Program-made: the position numbers and the translations under genes
Shown here: piece by piece, positions 23,438 to 37,056 of the stretch
Layout of the letters: each line of letters starts with the position of its first letter
How positions within the stretch are numbered: the first letter of the stretch is position 1
Assembly (NCBI GenBank): GCA_030141605.1
Contig: JAQGDQ010000006.1
Span: 1,451,067 to 1,515,066 of the forward strand
Direction: 5' to 3'
Length of the DNA: 64,000 nt
Source: Tubiluchus corallicola
Taxonomy: Eukaryota; Animalia; Priapulida
Notes under the pieces: model-generated
Told to the model about the DNA's origin: nothing
What the model saw: only the letters and a program-made list of their open reading frames with translations
The model's database searches: none

Positions 23438-23676
23438 TAGTATGTGTCCTTTTAATATTTTAAAGAGTAGATTGTTTTGACCTACAGTTTAAGATTGGGT
23501 CCGGTTTTACTTTATATAGTATGTTTCCTTTCAATATTTTAAAGAGTAGATTGTTTTGACCTACAGTTTAAGATTGGGTCCGGTTTTACTTTATATAGTA
23601 TGTTTCCTTTCAATATTTTAACGAGTAGATTGTTTTGACCTACAGTTTAAGATTGGGTCCGGTTTTTACTTTATAT
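23438..23676. repeat. 79-bp tandem repeat, 3 copies (further copy near 22515-22590)
   Basis: Unit begins tagtatgtttcctttcaatattttaaagagtagattgttttgacc. Confidence 0.9.
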
Positions 23677-23805
23677 TATACTTTATATATTTTACTTTAA
23701 TTTATAACACGGAATTATATAGAATAATTTTTGCTTGCATTACAATTTTTTTCTACTAATGATTGATAACTAACGATCATGAAAATACTCGATTATTTTT
23801 GCAGT

Positions 23806-24984
23806 ATGCAGGGGATAGGTGTTTGCCTGGTATTGGTATTACTGGCAGGACTATCATCTACTGAAACTCAGCCAGGTAAGTATTAATTTGGTTTCACATT
23901 TTAAATACAGTTTGACGTCGGTTAGTTAAATTATTTCGCCATTATTAGGTGTAAGACATTAAGAAAATGAACATATCTGTATCTCTATAAGTTCAGCAGT
24001 TGTTTCACTGATTGTTTGATTGGTTTTTTTCAACATGAAATTTTGACAGCAAATGTCTGGAGAATCTTAATTAACGCTGGCGCAATTTTTGGCAAATTCT
24101 TTTTTTCATTTACGGTTTGTGTGGGATTTTGATAAAAGTAAATCAAATGTTATTGATATGAACCTTTGTTTCCGTGCCTGTGCCGTTAATGAAACACCAT
24201 TGTTTAGTAGCCAAATTAGCGATGTTACTATGTTTTAAATGTGTTAATCAGAATTTAACAATCCATTGCGATTCCTTCCATCTACGATTAACAGCTATCT
24301 GTTGGTGAGCATAAACCGCAATCGTTTGTTAAATTCTTTGTTTTCACACTACAATCAAAGACTAATTATCCAAAACACCATATTATGGTTAGGTAATTAG
24401 TAATTACAGTAAACAGTTAAGTGTAAGTAAACTAACAGTTCCCTTGGTTGGTGACCTAATATTATGCAATAATGAACGCTAATCCTAAAGAATTTTAAGA
24501 TACTTTTCTTTCAACTCTTTTTTTTCATAACTAAACATACATGTTTATCCACTTTTGCTAGCTTCAAGCGGAAAATTAATTTTTTTTCTTCCTTTGACTC
24601 TAGGTCCTCATAATATTAATTTTAAATACGTAAAGGTTAAATTATTATTAAAAGATAGGCACGTGTGTCTCTTCTTTCCCATTATTGAACATTATTTTAT
24701 TATAAACTAACACATTCGTATAACGTTCAATTTTCATTCGTCTTAAATGCAAAATCTGATAATTTTTTATTATCTGATACATGCGCATTAACTAATTAAT
24801 TATATTAGTAACAATTCTGAGAGGGTGGCTGACCTCGATGACTTATAGTTCTTTCGCCACCCTTTCACCACTAATCAATAATTACTTTTGCACTTTGTAA
24901 TGTTGTATTATTGTATGTTGTATAGATTTATAAATCTGTTAGTTATGTATTTTGCTATTTTAAAAATGGTGATAAACTAATAAA

Positions 24985-25030
<46 letters not shown>

Positions 25031-28000
25031 TACTCATGGGATTGAATTAAGAACGCCCGCGTTCACACGTGTCTGTGTTGTCTAGTCATTGGTTTGAATT
25101 CCAAAGGTTTCTGGTTCAAATATATTGTGTTCACTTTACCAATAACTGATAATCTCGAATTTAAACTTATAACTAATTAGCTAATTATTTTATTTAATTA
25201 CTTTCCAGAAGTTCCAAGTCATCTTCATGACTACGATTCCTACGTGCGGTTCTGCTTTTACCCGGGGGAGGCAGCTCGACGTCCCGCGCCAGCCACGTTC
25301 TTACCAGAAGACATCGACCCCTCAACTTGCACGCACATCGTGTTTGGATACGCCACAATATTGGATAATGAGCTGACGGCCAAGTCAGAGTCAGATTTAG
25401 GTAAGTTGCTTGTTGCAAAGTGCTTTTGCCAATATGGTGTTATTGTTTACCATCCAAAGAAATTTCTGTGCTCATTGCGATGATGATGATGATTATGGCG
25501 ACGACGACAACGATGATGATTCAGCTTTAAGTAGAACAGACAAACAAAGCTGCAATGAGATTTTTTATTGCCCACGATAAATTACGAATTACAACTACAT
25601 AACAGAGATTAGTCACACAGGGCAACTACACGTAGCATTTTTTAATTTTTTTATATGACTGTCTTTCGTATCGAACACGCAACCTCCTGTACGGAGCTCG
25701 GACGTTTTACCTATCAGGCTACGCAGCCACTGTATTTGCCTAAGTGTTTGAAGAGAGACAGTACGACGTGACTATTAAACGAATACACAACATTGTCGTT
25801 CTGGCTATTGAGATTGCAAGCTGAGGTAAAAAGGTATCGAGGTTTAGGGACTGAAGTCGTGGACACTGGGTAGTGGGTTTTGAGTTTAAACAGGTACTGT
25901 GGGTAGAAATACCAAAAAACGTCAGGTCTATTTTATACACTCCCGAAATACTTTTCAGATTGCACGCAAAGTGTTAAAATTACTTGAAGATCACCAGTCG
26001 AATATTCATTCACGAAAAAAGGTTTATAAATAGAAGTAAATAAGTATAATCATTTTACTAGTTTTACAATCTGTTCACAAACCTACTAAATTGACAATAT
26101 GATAAAAATCATGGTTTTTTGGTTCTTTTCTTAGAGAAGCGGTACGAAATCTCGACTTCACACTTAATCGCATTTAGATATAGATCTAGTAACTAATTTA
26201 ATCTACAGCCAAAGGGAAGAAATAAAATGAGGTCTGCAACATCTTGATGGCTCTGCTTGTTAAATGGTTTCAGCTTATCGTAGCCCCGAATGCACCACTC
26301 ATATTTTACGCCTAGCACACGAACGCAGCGCACCCTGTGCTTAACTCCCCAGCCTGTGGTATCATTGATGACTTTCTTTTCTGGCTAATTATCACATTGG
26401 ACACAATTCAATTCAATTCAATAATTTTTTATTTGGCTGATTTGCAACACAAAACATTAAACTATATACGTAATGATAGCAACAATGCGATAACAAAAAC
26501 AGGTATGGTTTGAAAATTCTACAGAGTAGGATCGTGAACTTTCCAGACTCACCCCGAGACATGTCTTCTGTTCCTGAAATGGTAACTCGCGTAATTTCGT
26601 AACTTTGAAGCTCGTAGCTCTAATTTTAAATGCTTTTACTCACTTTCTGCATATAGTATTTTTTAGCACTTCTAGTTTTAGTCTAGGTAAATTTTAATTG
26701 TATGTTTTTGTGGCTTTTATGCTGAAATAAATAGTACAATGAATGGATCAATCATAAATCAATCATTCTGACATGCTCTTCTCCTCACTTCTTAGCTTAA
26801 CAAACCCAAATGAGGTTCAGTTTTAGTTATTTCAATGGCAAATAAAAAAAATTGATTTAATTTTGCTTTAATTTTGTTGCGTTTTTCCAACTTTTTTGTT
26901 AAATGATAAAGCACATAAAAATTGACGATATAAAACACATTGAAAAATCCCTGGTAAAGACCTACTTAACAATAACCAAGGTACACGGTGCAAGAAAGCA
27001 ACAAACTGAACAAAGACCTGATCAAGTAAAAGTGCATTCAAAGCTGTGGTACAAGGAAAAAACCTAATGAAGCAATGAGTATTGAAGTAACTTTCCACAA
27101 ATTTTATATTTTGTCAGAATTTCAAGAGGCCATTTATGCACTTTAACCCATGTCACAAAAATGATGTGTCGCATTCATTGTTAAACCAAATTTTGAGCTA
27201 AACGTTTTTTAAAACATCGTTATTGCATTGTTTAAGACGCTGGTTGGGCTTTAAATTGCTATTTGCAGTAATACCTAACTAAAAAATCCGTTTGCACTAA
27301 CTGTTTCTGTCGAAGCATTTAATAAAATTCTTTTTTAGAATTGTTTCAGAGAATCCTGGCCCTAAAAAACCAAAATCCAGATCTGAAGGTACTGCTAGCA
27401 GTAGGCGGTTGGGCAGAAGGTTCACAGCGTTTCAGCAATATGGCGTGGTCTCTCAACTCACGTCTTACCTTTGTTAATTCTGTACTTCATTTCCTGAGAC
27501 AATATGGTTTCGATGGACTAAATGTCGACTGGGAGTTTCCGGGCTACGAACGAAGAGGTGGACATCCTTCAGATAGAGACAATTTACCACTGCTCTTAGA
27601 GGTATTGATATAAAAATATTAGTAGTATTTGACAGGCTATAACACTCTAACTGCTTTGCTCTTGAAATTCATCTTTTCAAGCATTTTAAAGCAGGTTGTT
27701 AGTTCTGCTAGTTGACCGTCGGTTCTTCGTGTCTATATGGTGTAGTTTTGGCTTGAACAAATTAATGCAAAGTGAGGACTCTTCTTACCCAATATCTCTG
27801 TGTCAATTTTAAATTTATGTACAATTGTGTGTTTAATTTTTAGGAGCTTCACAAGATCTTTACGATGGAAGCCAAGTTTTCCGGCAACAATCAACTAATC
27901 TTGGCCACCACGATACCGGGCGCTAAATACTGGATAGATTTGGGTTACGACATCCCGAAAATCTCTTCGTGCGTTTATAAATACGTTTCTTATTTTTGAT

Positions 28001-31000
28001 GAAAATAATTGGTACTAATAACGCTATTTAAAAGTTGAATTATCAGTGAATGATAAATTATTATGTAGAAGATAACCGCCCTGCAGGTCAAGTGACTAAC
28101 CTCAAAATTGTCCTTGAAATCTATCATCTACTACCATTAATCCTTGCAAAGCGCCTTGTGTAAAAAACATCTCTGGTTATTTGTGCTCAAAGAGAAAAAG
28201 CTTCTCATAATATTCTTGATTTCTAAATGCAGGTTTAGTGATTATTTACCAATGATGACTTATCACCTTAATGGAATATGGAACAAACACGCTGGTCATG
28301 GAAGTCCTTTGCATCCTCACTCCTACGATGTGGACAAAACTGCGAATATTGTAAGTGAAGAGGTCGCCTTTGAAATATCTTTGTTTTTAGTAATTTCAGT
28401 TAAGTGTAAGACAACTTGGAAAATCACACACAAGCAAGGGCAGCATTTTTGTGTCATGTGTGTGAAAGGGATAAATTATTGGAAAATCACGGAAGCACTT
28501 TTGAGACTAATAGCTATGAAGATGCGGTATGATCGTTTTCCTTAGATAACCTAGTAATCTTCCATGCCATATAGTGTTCCTTGGTTTTTAGGGTACTTGG
28601 ATAACCTAATAATCTTCCATGCCATGTAGTGTTCCTTAGTTTTTAGTGTACTTGGATAACCTAATAATCTTCCATGCCATGTAGTGTTCCTTAGTTTTTA
28701 GTGTACTTAGATAATCTAATAATCTTCCATGCCATATAATGTTCCTTAGTTTTTAGTGTACTTAGATAACCTAATAATCTTCCATGCCATGTAGTGTTCC
28801 TTAGTTTTTAGGGTACTTAAATAACCTAGTAATCTTTCATGTCATATAGCGTTCCTTAGTTTTTAGTGTACTTAGATAATCTAATAATCTTCCATGCCAT
28901 GTAATGTTCCTTAGTTTTTAGTGTACTTAGATAATCTAATAATCTTCCATGCCATGTAATGTTCCTTAGTTTTTAGCGTACTTAGATAATCTAATAATCT
29001 TCCATGCCATATAATGTTCTTTAGTTTTTAGTGTACTTAGATAATCTAATAATCTTCCATGCCATGTAGTGTTCCTTAGTTTTTAGTGTACTTAGATAAT
29101 CTATTAATCTTCCATGCCATGTAGTGTTGCTTAGTTTTTAGTGTACTTAGATAATCTAATAATCTTCCATGCCATGTAGTGTTCCTTAGTTTTTAGTGTA
29201 TTTAGATAATCTAATAATCTTCCATGCCATATAACGTTCCTTAGTTTTTAGTGTACTTAGACAATCTAATAATCTTCCATGCCATATAGCGTTCCTTAGT
29301 TTTTAGTGTACTTAGATAATTTAATAATCTTCCATGCCATATAGCGTTCCTTAGTTTTTAGTGTACTTAGATAACCTAAATCCTATTATCGTTGCTTTTT
29401 TTTAAGGAATTCATCGTCCAATATTGGATAAACCATGGAACGGATCCAAAGAAATTGCTGCTGGGAATTCCTCTTTTTGGACAGACTTACACTCTCCAAG
29501 ACCCATCTGACCACATGTTAAATGCACCTATTGTAGGAAGTGGCAAGGCTGGACACATGTATCAACAGGAAGGAATGATGCCGTACTACGAGGTTTGTGC
29601 CCACAAAACTTTGCTTGAGCTTATTCTTATTAAGATTTTCGGCTTCTTGTGGATTGGTAAACACCAATCTTATTACTGCTTAAGTGATAGATTTAGCCAA
29701 CTGAACAACTGATAATGCTTCTTGCGAATATTTTTTGAATGACTTACAGATCTACGTCTTCACTCATAATAAATGAATAAATTACGACAAAATTTGCAGA
29801 TTATAAAGATTCGCAAATCTGTTTCGGAAAATTCACAAACATTTTAATGGTACCAATGTGCGGCATTTGTCACATTTGCAAATAAATAAAAATTGTGGTT
29901 TATTTCTATTAATTTTAATGACTTGCATTACTTAAATCTTTTGTAGGTGTGTTCTGAAGTGATGCCAAGCTATGAAAGCTTTTGGGTTGAAGATCAGCTT
30001 GTTCCATTTGCTTACAAAAATGACCAATGGATTGGCTACGAGGATTCAAGGAGTATTAGTGAAAAGGTAACAATCCTTTGCAGTATATTTGGACAAGTTC
30101 TAGAACTTCCATCACCAAACTTTCACTAATTTTTTTGTACGTATTGTTGACCACAGTTAGCATTCAACTGGTTACTGATCACCAACTTTTGTAATTTTTG
30201 CAACGCATTTGCATGTTATCAACGGGCCTCATTTTTCCCTGACTGACAATAGGGTTCGTCTAACTAGTTTTTGTTTGTAGGTCAAGTATGTGATCGACAA
30301 TCACCTTGGAGGCGTTATGGTCTGGGCATTAGGTTTTGATGATTTTAAAGGTCATTGTAATCATGGAAGGAATCCTCTGTTGACCACAATAAAAACAGAA
30401 TTGCTGGAAGTGACACAGGTGACCTATGTAATCCACACAAAATCTTCAAATGTTTTACAGCAGTTGCCGCACAAGTATGAAACGGGTGCAGTAGAACCAC
30501 ATTATGCAACATCACATCACGGTGAGACGTACAGGCGTCATACTGTGCAACATCGGCGACACTACGTACAACATGTATCCCATCAGCAAGAAGGACAACA
30601 CCCTGTTCATGGATATGATGAGCACCATGCCTACCATGGGCACAGTCGCAGTCGCAGAGTGGAGTCATCATATTCACGGCACGGGAATTATCACGATGCG
30701 TATCCTCATCAAACACAAGGAAGTTACATACCATATCAAGAACACGAAATGATTCCCCACGAAACGTACAATTACGAAACATATCCACACAGAGATGCAT
30801 ATGAAGTCTACCCTAGCAACAGCTATCCTTATGACGCTCACAATTATGTAATATATCTGCCGGAGCAGTATGACGTGCACCCTCATCAAACACATGAGAA
30901 TTACGGTGCATATTCAGCACATGGACAGTATGATGATTTCGAAGTACATCCTCGTGAAAGTTCTGAAATATATCCAGTAAACGAGCCGCATGCGTACCCT

Positions 31001-33433
31001 TATGAAAAAAGCAATTATTACGATACTTACCCTGGGTCTGAACTCTATGAAGTTCATCCTTATGAAAGTTATGGTTATGAAACACACCCTGATGAACTGT
31101 ATGCTGAACATGGACATTATGAAGGGCATCCTCGTGAAACATACCCTGAACATGGACATTATGAAGGGCATCCTCGTGAAACATATCCTGAACATGGACA
31201 TTATGAAGGGCATCCTCGTGAAACATACCCTGAACATGGACATTATGAAGTGCATCCTCGTGAAACATACCCTGAACATGGACATTATGAAGTGCATCCT
31301 CGTGAAACATACCCTGAACATGGACATTATGAAGTGCATCCTCATGAAACATACCCTGAACATGGACATTATGAAGTGCATCCTCGTGAAACATACCCTG
31401 AACATGGACACTATGAAGTGCATCCTCATGAAACATACCCTGAACATGGACATTATGAAGTGCATCCTCGTGAAACATACCCTGAACATGGACATTATGA
31501 AGTGCTTCCTCATGAAACATACCCTGAACATGGACACTATGAAGTGCTTCCTCATGAAACATACCCTGAACATGGACACTATGAAGTGCATCCTCATGAA
31601 ACATACCCTGAACATGGACACTATGAAGTGCATCCTCGTGAAACATACCCTGAACATGGACATTATGAAGTGCATCCTCGTGAAACATACCCTGAACATG
31701 GACATTATGAAGTGCATCCTCATGAAACATACCCTGAACATGGACATTATGAAGTGCATCCTCATGAAACATACCCTGAACATGGACATTATGAAGTGCT
31801 TCCTCATGAAACATACCCTGAACATGGACACTATGAAGTGCATCCTCATGAAGCGTACCCTGAACATGGACACTATGAAGTGCTTCCTCATGAAACATAC
31901 CCTGAACATGGACACTATGAAGTGCATCCTCATGAAACATACCCTGAACATGGACACTATGAAGTGCATCCTCGTGAAACATACCCTGAACATGGACATT
32001 ATGAAGTGCATCCTCGTGAAACATACCCTGAACATGGACATTATGAAGTGCATCCTCATGAAACATACCCTGAACATGGACATTATGAAGTGCATCCTCA
32101 TGAAACATACCCTGAACATGGACATTATGAAGTGCTTCCTCATGAAACATACCCTGAACATGGACACTATGAAGTGCATCCTCATGAAACATACCCTGAA
32201 CATGGACATTATGAAGTGCTTCCTCATGAAACATACCCTGAACATGGACACTATGAAGTGCATCCTCATGAAACATACCCTGAACATGGACACTATGAAG
32301 TGCATCCTCATGAAACGTACCCTGAACATGGACACTATGAAGTTCATCCTAATGAATTATATCCTCATGAAGAGTATCCTGAACATGGACACTATGAAGT
32401 GCATCCTCATGAAACGTATCCTGAACATGGACACTATGAAGTGCATCCTCATGAAGAGTATCCTGAACATGGACACTATGAAGTGCATCCTCATGAAACG
32501 TATCCTGAACATGGACACTATGAAGTGCATCCTCATGAAACGTACCCTGAACATGGACACTATGAAGTGCATCCTCATGAAACGTATCCTGAATATGGAC
32601 ACTATGAAGTGCATCCTCATGAAACGTACCCTGAATATGGACACTATGAAGTGCATCCTCATGAAACGTACCCTGAACATGGACACTATGAAGTGCATCC
32701 TCATGAAACGTACCCTGAACATGGACACTATGAAGTGCATCCTCATGAAACGTACCCTGAACATGGACACTATGAAGTGCATCCTCATGAAACGTACCCT
32801 GAACATGGACACTATGAAGTGCATCCTCATGAAACATACCCTGAACATGGACACGATGCATATGAAAGCTATCCAGGCCACTATGATACGTATCCATCAC
32901 ATGTTTCCACAGTTGGTATTCCATTTCCACACCATACAGCTTATTCTTATGAAGGGTATCCTACAAATCAATCCTATGAACAATATCCACGTAATACTTA
33001 CAACGATTATGAATTACCTGGTACTGTTGGACACGAGACATATCCCAGTAATACTCATGGGGGCGAAAGCCTTGGCCCAGTAGTTGCCCAGGAAGAGCAG
33101 AGGCCATATAATCCAGAATTGGAGGAAACAAAACTTTCGGATTCCGGTTCATCTGCTTCTGGAAGAAACGGCGCTGTGGGAATGGCTACAGAAAGTACGC
33201 AATGTGAGGTGAAAGGACCAGGTCCCTCTTGCTCCGGACATTCGCACATGGTAATGGCAAATCCAATAAACTGTCGCAAGTACTATCTATGTCTGTGGCA
33301 GAACACACCCAATGAAATGCGTGTTCCAATGAACTGCCCGGAGGGAACAGTCTTTCATCCATTCAAATACATGTGTGATGATAAGGAAAATGTTGATACA
33401 TCCGTAATATGTAAATGTGGAGAAGAGTCGTGA
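23806..33433 (+). CDS. Secreted GH18 chitinase-like protein with long His/Glu/Tyr-rich repeat linker and C-terminal CBM14; exons 23806-23875, 25209-25400, 27339-27601, 27844-27968, 28233-28350, 29407-29592, 29947-30066, 30281-33433 (about 1408 aa)
   Basis: Signal peptide MQGIGVCLVLVLLAGLSS; PEDIDPSTCTHIVFGYA, KVLLAVGGW, FDGLNVDWEFP, KLLLGIPLFG, QWIGYED, GGVMVWALGFDDF; Cys-patterned C-terminus (NCRKYYLC..CPEGTVF..C). Exon phases are compatible. Confidence 0.93.
28545..29378. repeat. 55-bp intronic minisatellite, about 15 copies
   Basis: Unit gataatctaataatcttccatgccatgtagtgttccttagtttttagtgtactta. Confidence 0.95.
31106..32856 (+). repeat. Coding 42-bp tandem repeat, about 42 units of EHGHYEVHPHETYP
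   Basis: In frame within the chitinase last exon; one in-frame 15-bp insertion near 32350. Confidence 0.95.
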
Positions 33434-34634
33434 TATGTAGCAGTAGACTAATTTGTTTTTGTGTGCCAGTCCTTGCTGTTTACCTGTGACCATGTTTAAT
33501 CCCTTTTCAAAAGTGGGAGGAATAGTGTCCTAGTAATGCTTAGCAGTATCTTTTTATTACCTAGATCATTGGAAATAAATGTAATTGACTAAAGCAGCAA
33601 CCGAATTGCAACAGCGGAAAACTGATAATTTCATTTCTGCCTTTTTGAACATCATCGATCAGGTTTTATTACTTGAGGTAATATTTTTTTTAAAAGGAAA
33701 CACTTGTTTTGTAGCTGAGCAGAACTTCCTTAGCCTTTCGTTTAAGACTTTGGTGCTCGGTACTCTTGCTGCTTATGCCCAAAACAACTAGACCTGCTAC
33801 TGCCGGCAAAAGTATATTTTTTCCAAAGTTACTAGTAGAAGCTTTAGTGTAGTTCTATAGCTTTATTTACAGTATGTTTTAGTGATAGTATTTATGTTGC
33901 TAGTAGTTGATTTAGGCCAAAGCTACAGAGCTATAATCTGGTTTTTTTCCTTCATTAGCTGGTTCTGTTTCGATTACTTTATTCCTCAAACTGATTTTAA
34001 AAACAAGTGATTTTCTCAACATTATTATCTGTATATTCGTGCCAAAATTTGGGCATCGTTAACTTATTGATTATAATGATTTCAGTTTATAATTCCTAAT
34101 ACAATTTAAATTACGCGTAAGTTCAAAATTTAAATAAAAAGAATTTTTGTGCATGAAATTAATGTTATGTTGTTATAGCAACGTTCACTTTGTTGTTGAT
34201 GTTTTGTCGTTTATTGTTAAGACAGAATGCATCTTTTGCATACCGTTGTTGTTATCCTTGTTAATAGTATTGTTATTATTTTTGCATAAAATTGATTTTG
34301 AATTATGCACATTCTAAAGCGAGCAAAATGACATTAAGATTGGAGTACACTGTAAAAATGAATAAAAATTATGCCCAATAGCGTAATTTTTGTAATTCAG
34401 TTTTATTAATAAAGCTATAATGCAAAATCGTTGAGTATTATGATAATTTTTATTATTTGTACAAAAACTACATGTTGTTATCGCAATTGTGACATTTTAA
34501 GGCCGTTTTTATATATTTGTAATAAATCTATATACAAAACTAATTCTAAGGACTTAATCCAACAGTAAAATTTAACATTGCAATTTTTTGATAACCGGAA
34601 GTAAGTAATGCTTCATGCATGCCCTGAATTTAAC

Positions 34635-36966
34635 TTAATAACAATAACATCGTTGGCCACCTACTGGACGATGTAAAGTGTTATCATGGCGAATCGGACT
34701 CGTTGAATATCCATGCTGTCGGTATTTACTGGGATGGCCGTAGCTGTAATCGTCGTTAGCATATCCGCCATTGTGATAAGTTTTCGTTGATGGATAATCG
34801 TAGCCGTAGCCGTCGTAAGAATGGCTTAATATTGGTCGAACTATGTCGTACTTGTATAACGTTTCTGGTTGATAATATTCATGGCCTTCCCTAGGACAAG
34901 AAGCAAAGCATTTAATTATGTTCATCGACTTGTTAATTAAACTATATTAACCCCGATGTATATACTCGGTGTAGCAATAGATGCATTTCAAAAAAAGAGT
35001 TAAAATTCAAGCGAGACCACGTGACTAAAATACACATGCAATCGCTGCAGTTGGGTGTTTAAATAAACTTGTTATTCTTTATAGTAAAATATTTCGTTAA
35101 AATATTTTTATAGTAAAAGAGAAATAAAAAGCGGTTTCTACTGAAAAATTTTCGTATGTCTACGATTTAACTTCTAATAAAGTCATAACTTACTTTACTG
35201 ATATTTTGGTAATTGGTTAAAAATATATTAACATAGCTTCTGTTTTAATAAATTTAATAATTTTACGAAGTGCACTGTAGTGACATCTATTAACGAATAA
35301 GTTAATTAATCAGTGTTCTGTGCCCACTGCGAACCTTACAAACTGGTTTTAGGCATGATTGCGTTATCCATCGTTAAACAAGAAATTTAATAATCACGAT
35401 CAAGTGAATTTAAACAAGTGAACAGCTGTTTTAAAAGCAAACAAACTAAGTATGATTTCAGTAACACTTGATTTCAGACAATGTTGTTCATATAATTTGC
35501 CAGATAATTACTATCAAAACAATTTGTTACTTTTTGGCGCTTGTTAAATTGCAAAACAATATAATAAGTTTCAGCCGTTTTGAATTATAACTTTAGTTTA
35601 GTTTTGTTTAGTTTTGTCTGTATGCTTACTTGTAATCGTAGTCGTAACCTCTAGATTTTGCTGAGGTCTCCTTCGCGTAGGATTTATCTTGACTAGTCAA
35701 AGTTCCGTGAGCCCGACCAGAGCGAGAAAATGAGGTTTCGCTACTTTTCTGCCCATCTCCTTCCAACTTGCCTTTGCTCACCGGTCCGTACGTTGTGGTG
35801 TGAAAATAAGTTTTTGGAGCTGGTGCTACTTTGTGATAGGCTGCTGTGTTGCCCTTATAGCCGTGTGGAACAGCACCTCCGGGAGCAAACGCCACATCGT
35901 TCCGGTACGATGGCCCACTGGCGCTTACCATGCTAAGTACAGCAACGGCTAGAACGGCAACAAGAATCGTATCCCTGCAACGAAAATTTGCATTAGCCTT
36001 GTGTTAAGTGCACAGGTAAGAAGTGTATCATCATCATGATCATCGCCGTCGTCTTCATCGTAGTTGCATTCATCATTCGTCATTATCATCATCAAAACAG
36101 CAGCAGCAGCAACAGCAATAGCAACAACGACAACAACAACAACAATTACTTCTACAACTACATTACTATTACTGCTACTGCTACTAAAACTACAACAATA
36201 ATTACAACAACAGTAGCATGATTAACAGTAACAACGACGGTAGCATCAGCAACAAGCAACATCAACATTATAACTACCCGGAACTGGTATTTGCCAGATG
36301 ATAAAGTTCCCAACTCTTACAAGCATGGGTCTAAATTCAACTTAAAATTTGAAACAAAAACTTTTGCAAAATTTAGATTTACAGTTTAAGAACGTGGTCC
36401 TAATTCTGAATTTTCGCATCTTTTTAACATGTTTATTTAAAAAATCAATTAATTGAATAAGCTTTGAAATCAGTAATGAGCATAAGTATCCACTTTTTTA
36501 AAGAAAATTGCACAAACGTGGATGTAAAAATACGTCAAAAGCTTGTTGTGCGCTTCAGTACTAAGTTCGCACTATAATTTGCAAATTTTACAAATAAATT
36601 TACATTTCATTATTAACAAGAAGATAATATTATTAGATAACATTATTGTAATCCTTTTATAGAATATTTCAATTACAAGCTGTTATTTCGATACTATTTT
36701 TGTAGTTTTAAACTTCAAATCAAACGTTTGCACATTTTTTTTTAAATTGATTATTTATGCTGACTGCTGAATTGAGCAAATTAGACTAGACTGCTGATCA
36801 AAAATTTTAAACTTGCTAATAAAAAACATTTTCAGAAAATGAATAGGACTCTGTGCATCGTTAATTTATAAAGCTAGCAACTAAATGACTTTTTACAGAT
36901 TTATCAAAATCATTCAAACGTTTACATCAAGTTTTGAAATAAAAAAACAGTTACTCGCACTTACAT
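34635..36966 (-). CDS. Secreted Tyr/Gly/Ser/His-rich protein of unknown family, about 200 aa; exons 36966-36965 (AT), 35974-35630, 34890-34635
   Basis: ATG split by an intron (aaaAT|gtaagt...ttgcag|G) gives MDTILVAVLAVAVLSMVSA (signal peptide). Exons 2 and 3 join in phase (AA|G). Ends in RCYCY*. Confidence 0.8.
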
Positions 36967-37014
36967 TTTGAAGTTTTGCTCTCTGACCGTAGGCCTGCGA
37001 TTGTGGAACAATTT

Positions 37015-37056
37015 GACAACTGTGGCAGTCGGGAAAATGTGGAAAGCATTTATAGA
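37015..37056 (-). promoter_or_regulatory. TATA box and Inr-like site for the Tyr-rich gene
   Basis: TATAAA on the minus strand at 37054-37049, CAGTT about 30 bp downstream, upstream of the split ATG. Confidence 0.6.

Noticed and set aside
28545-29378. 55-bp array as CRISPR or regulatory RNA array
   Set aside because: Head-to-tail near-identical units without spacers, inside an intron of a eukaryotic gene.
30813-33083. Long alternative-frame and antisense ORFs (697, 487, 477, 193, 174 aa)
   Set aside because: Shadows of the 42-bp coding repeat; only the frame joining GH18 to CBM14 is supported.
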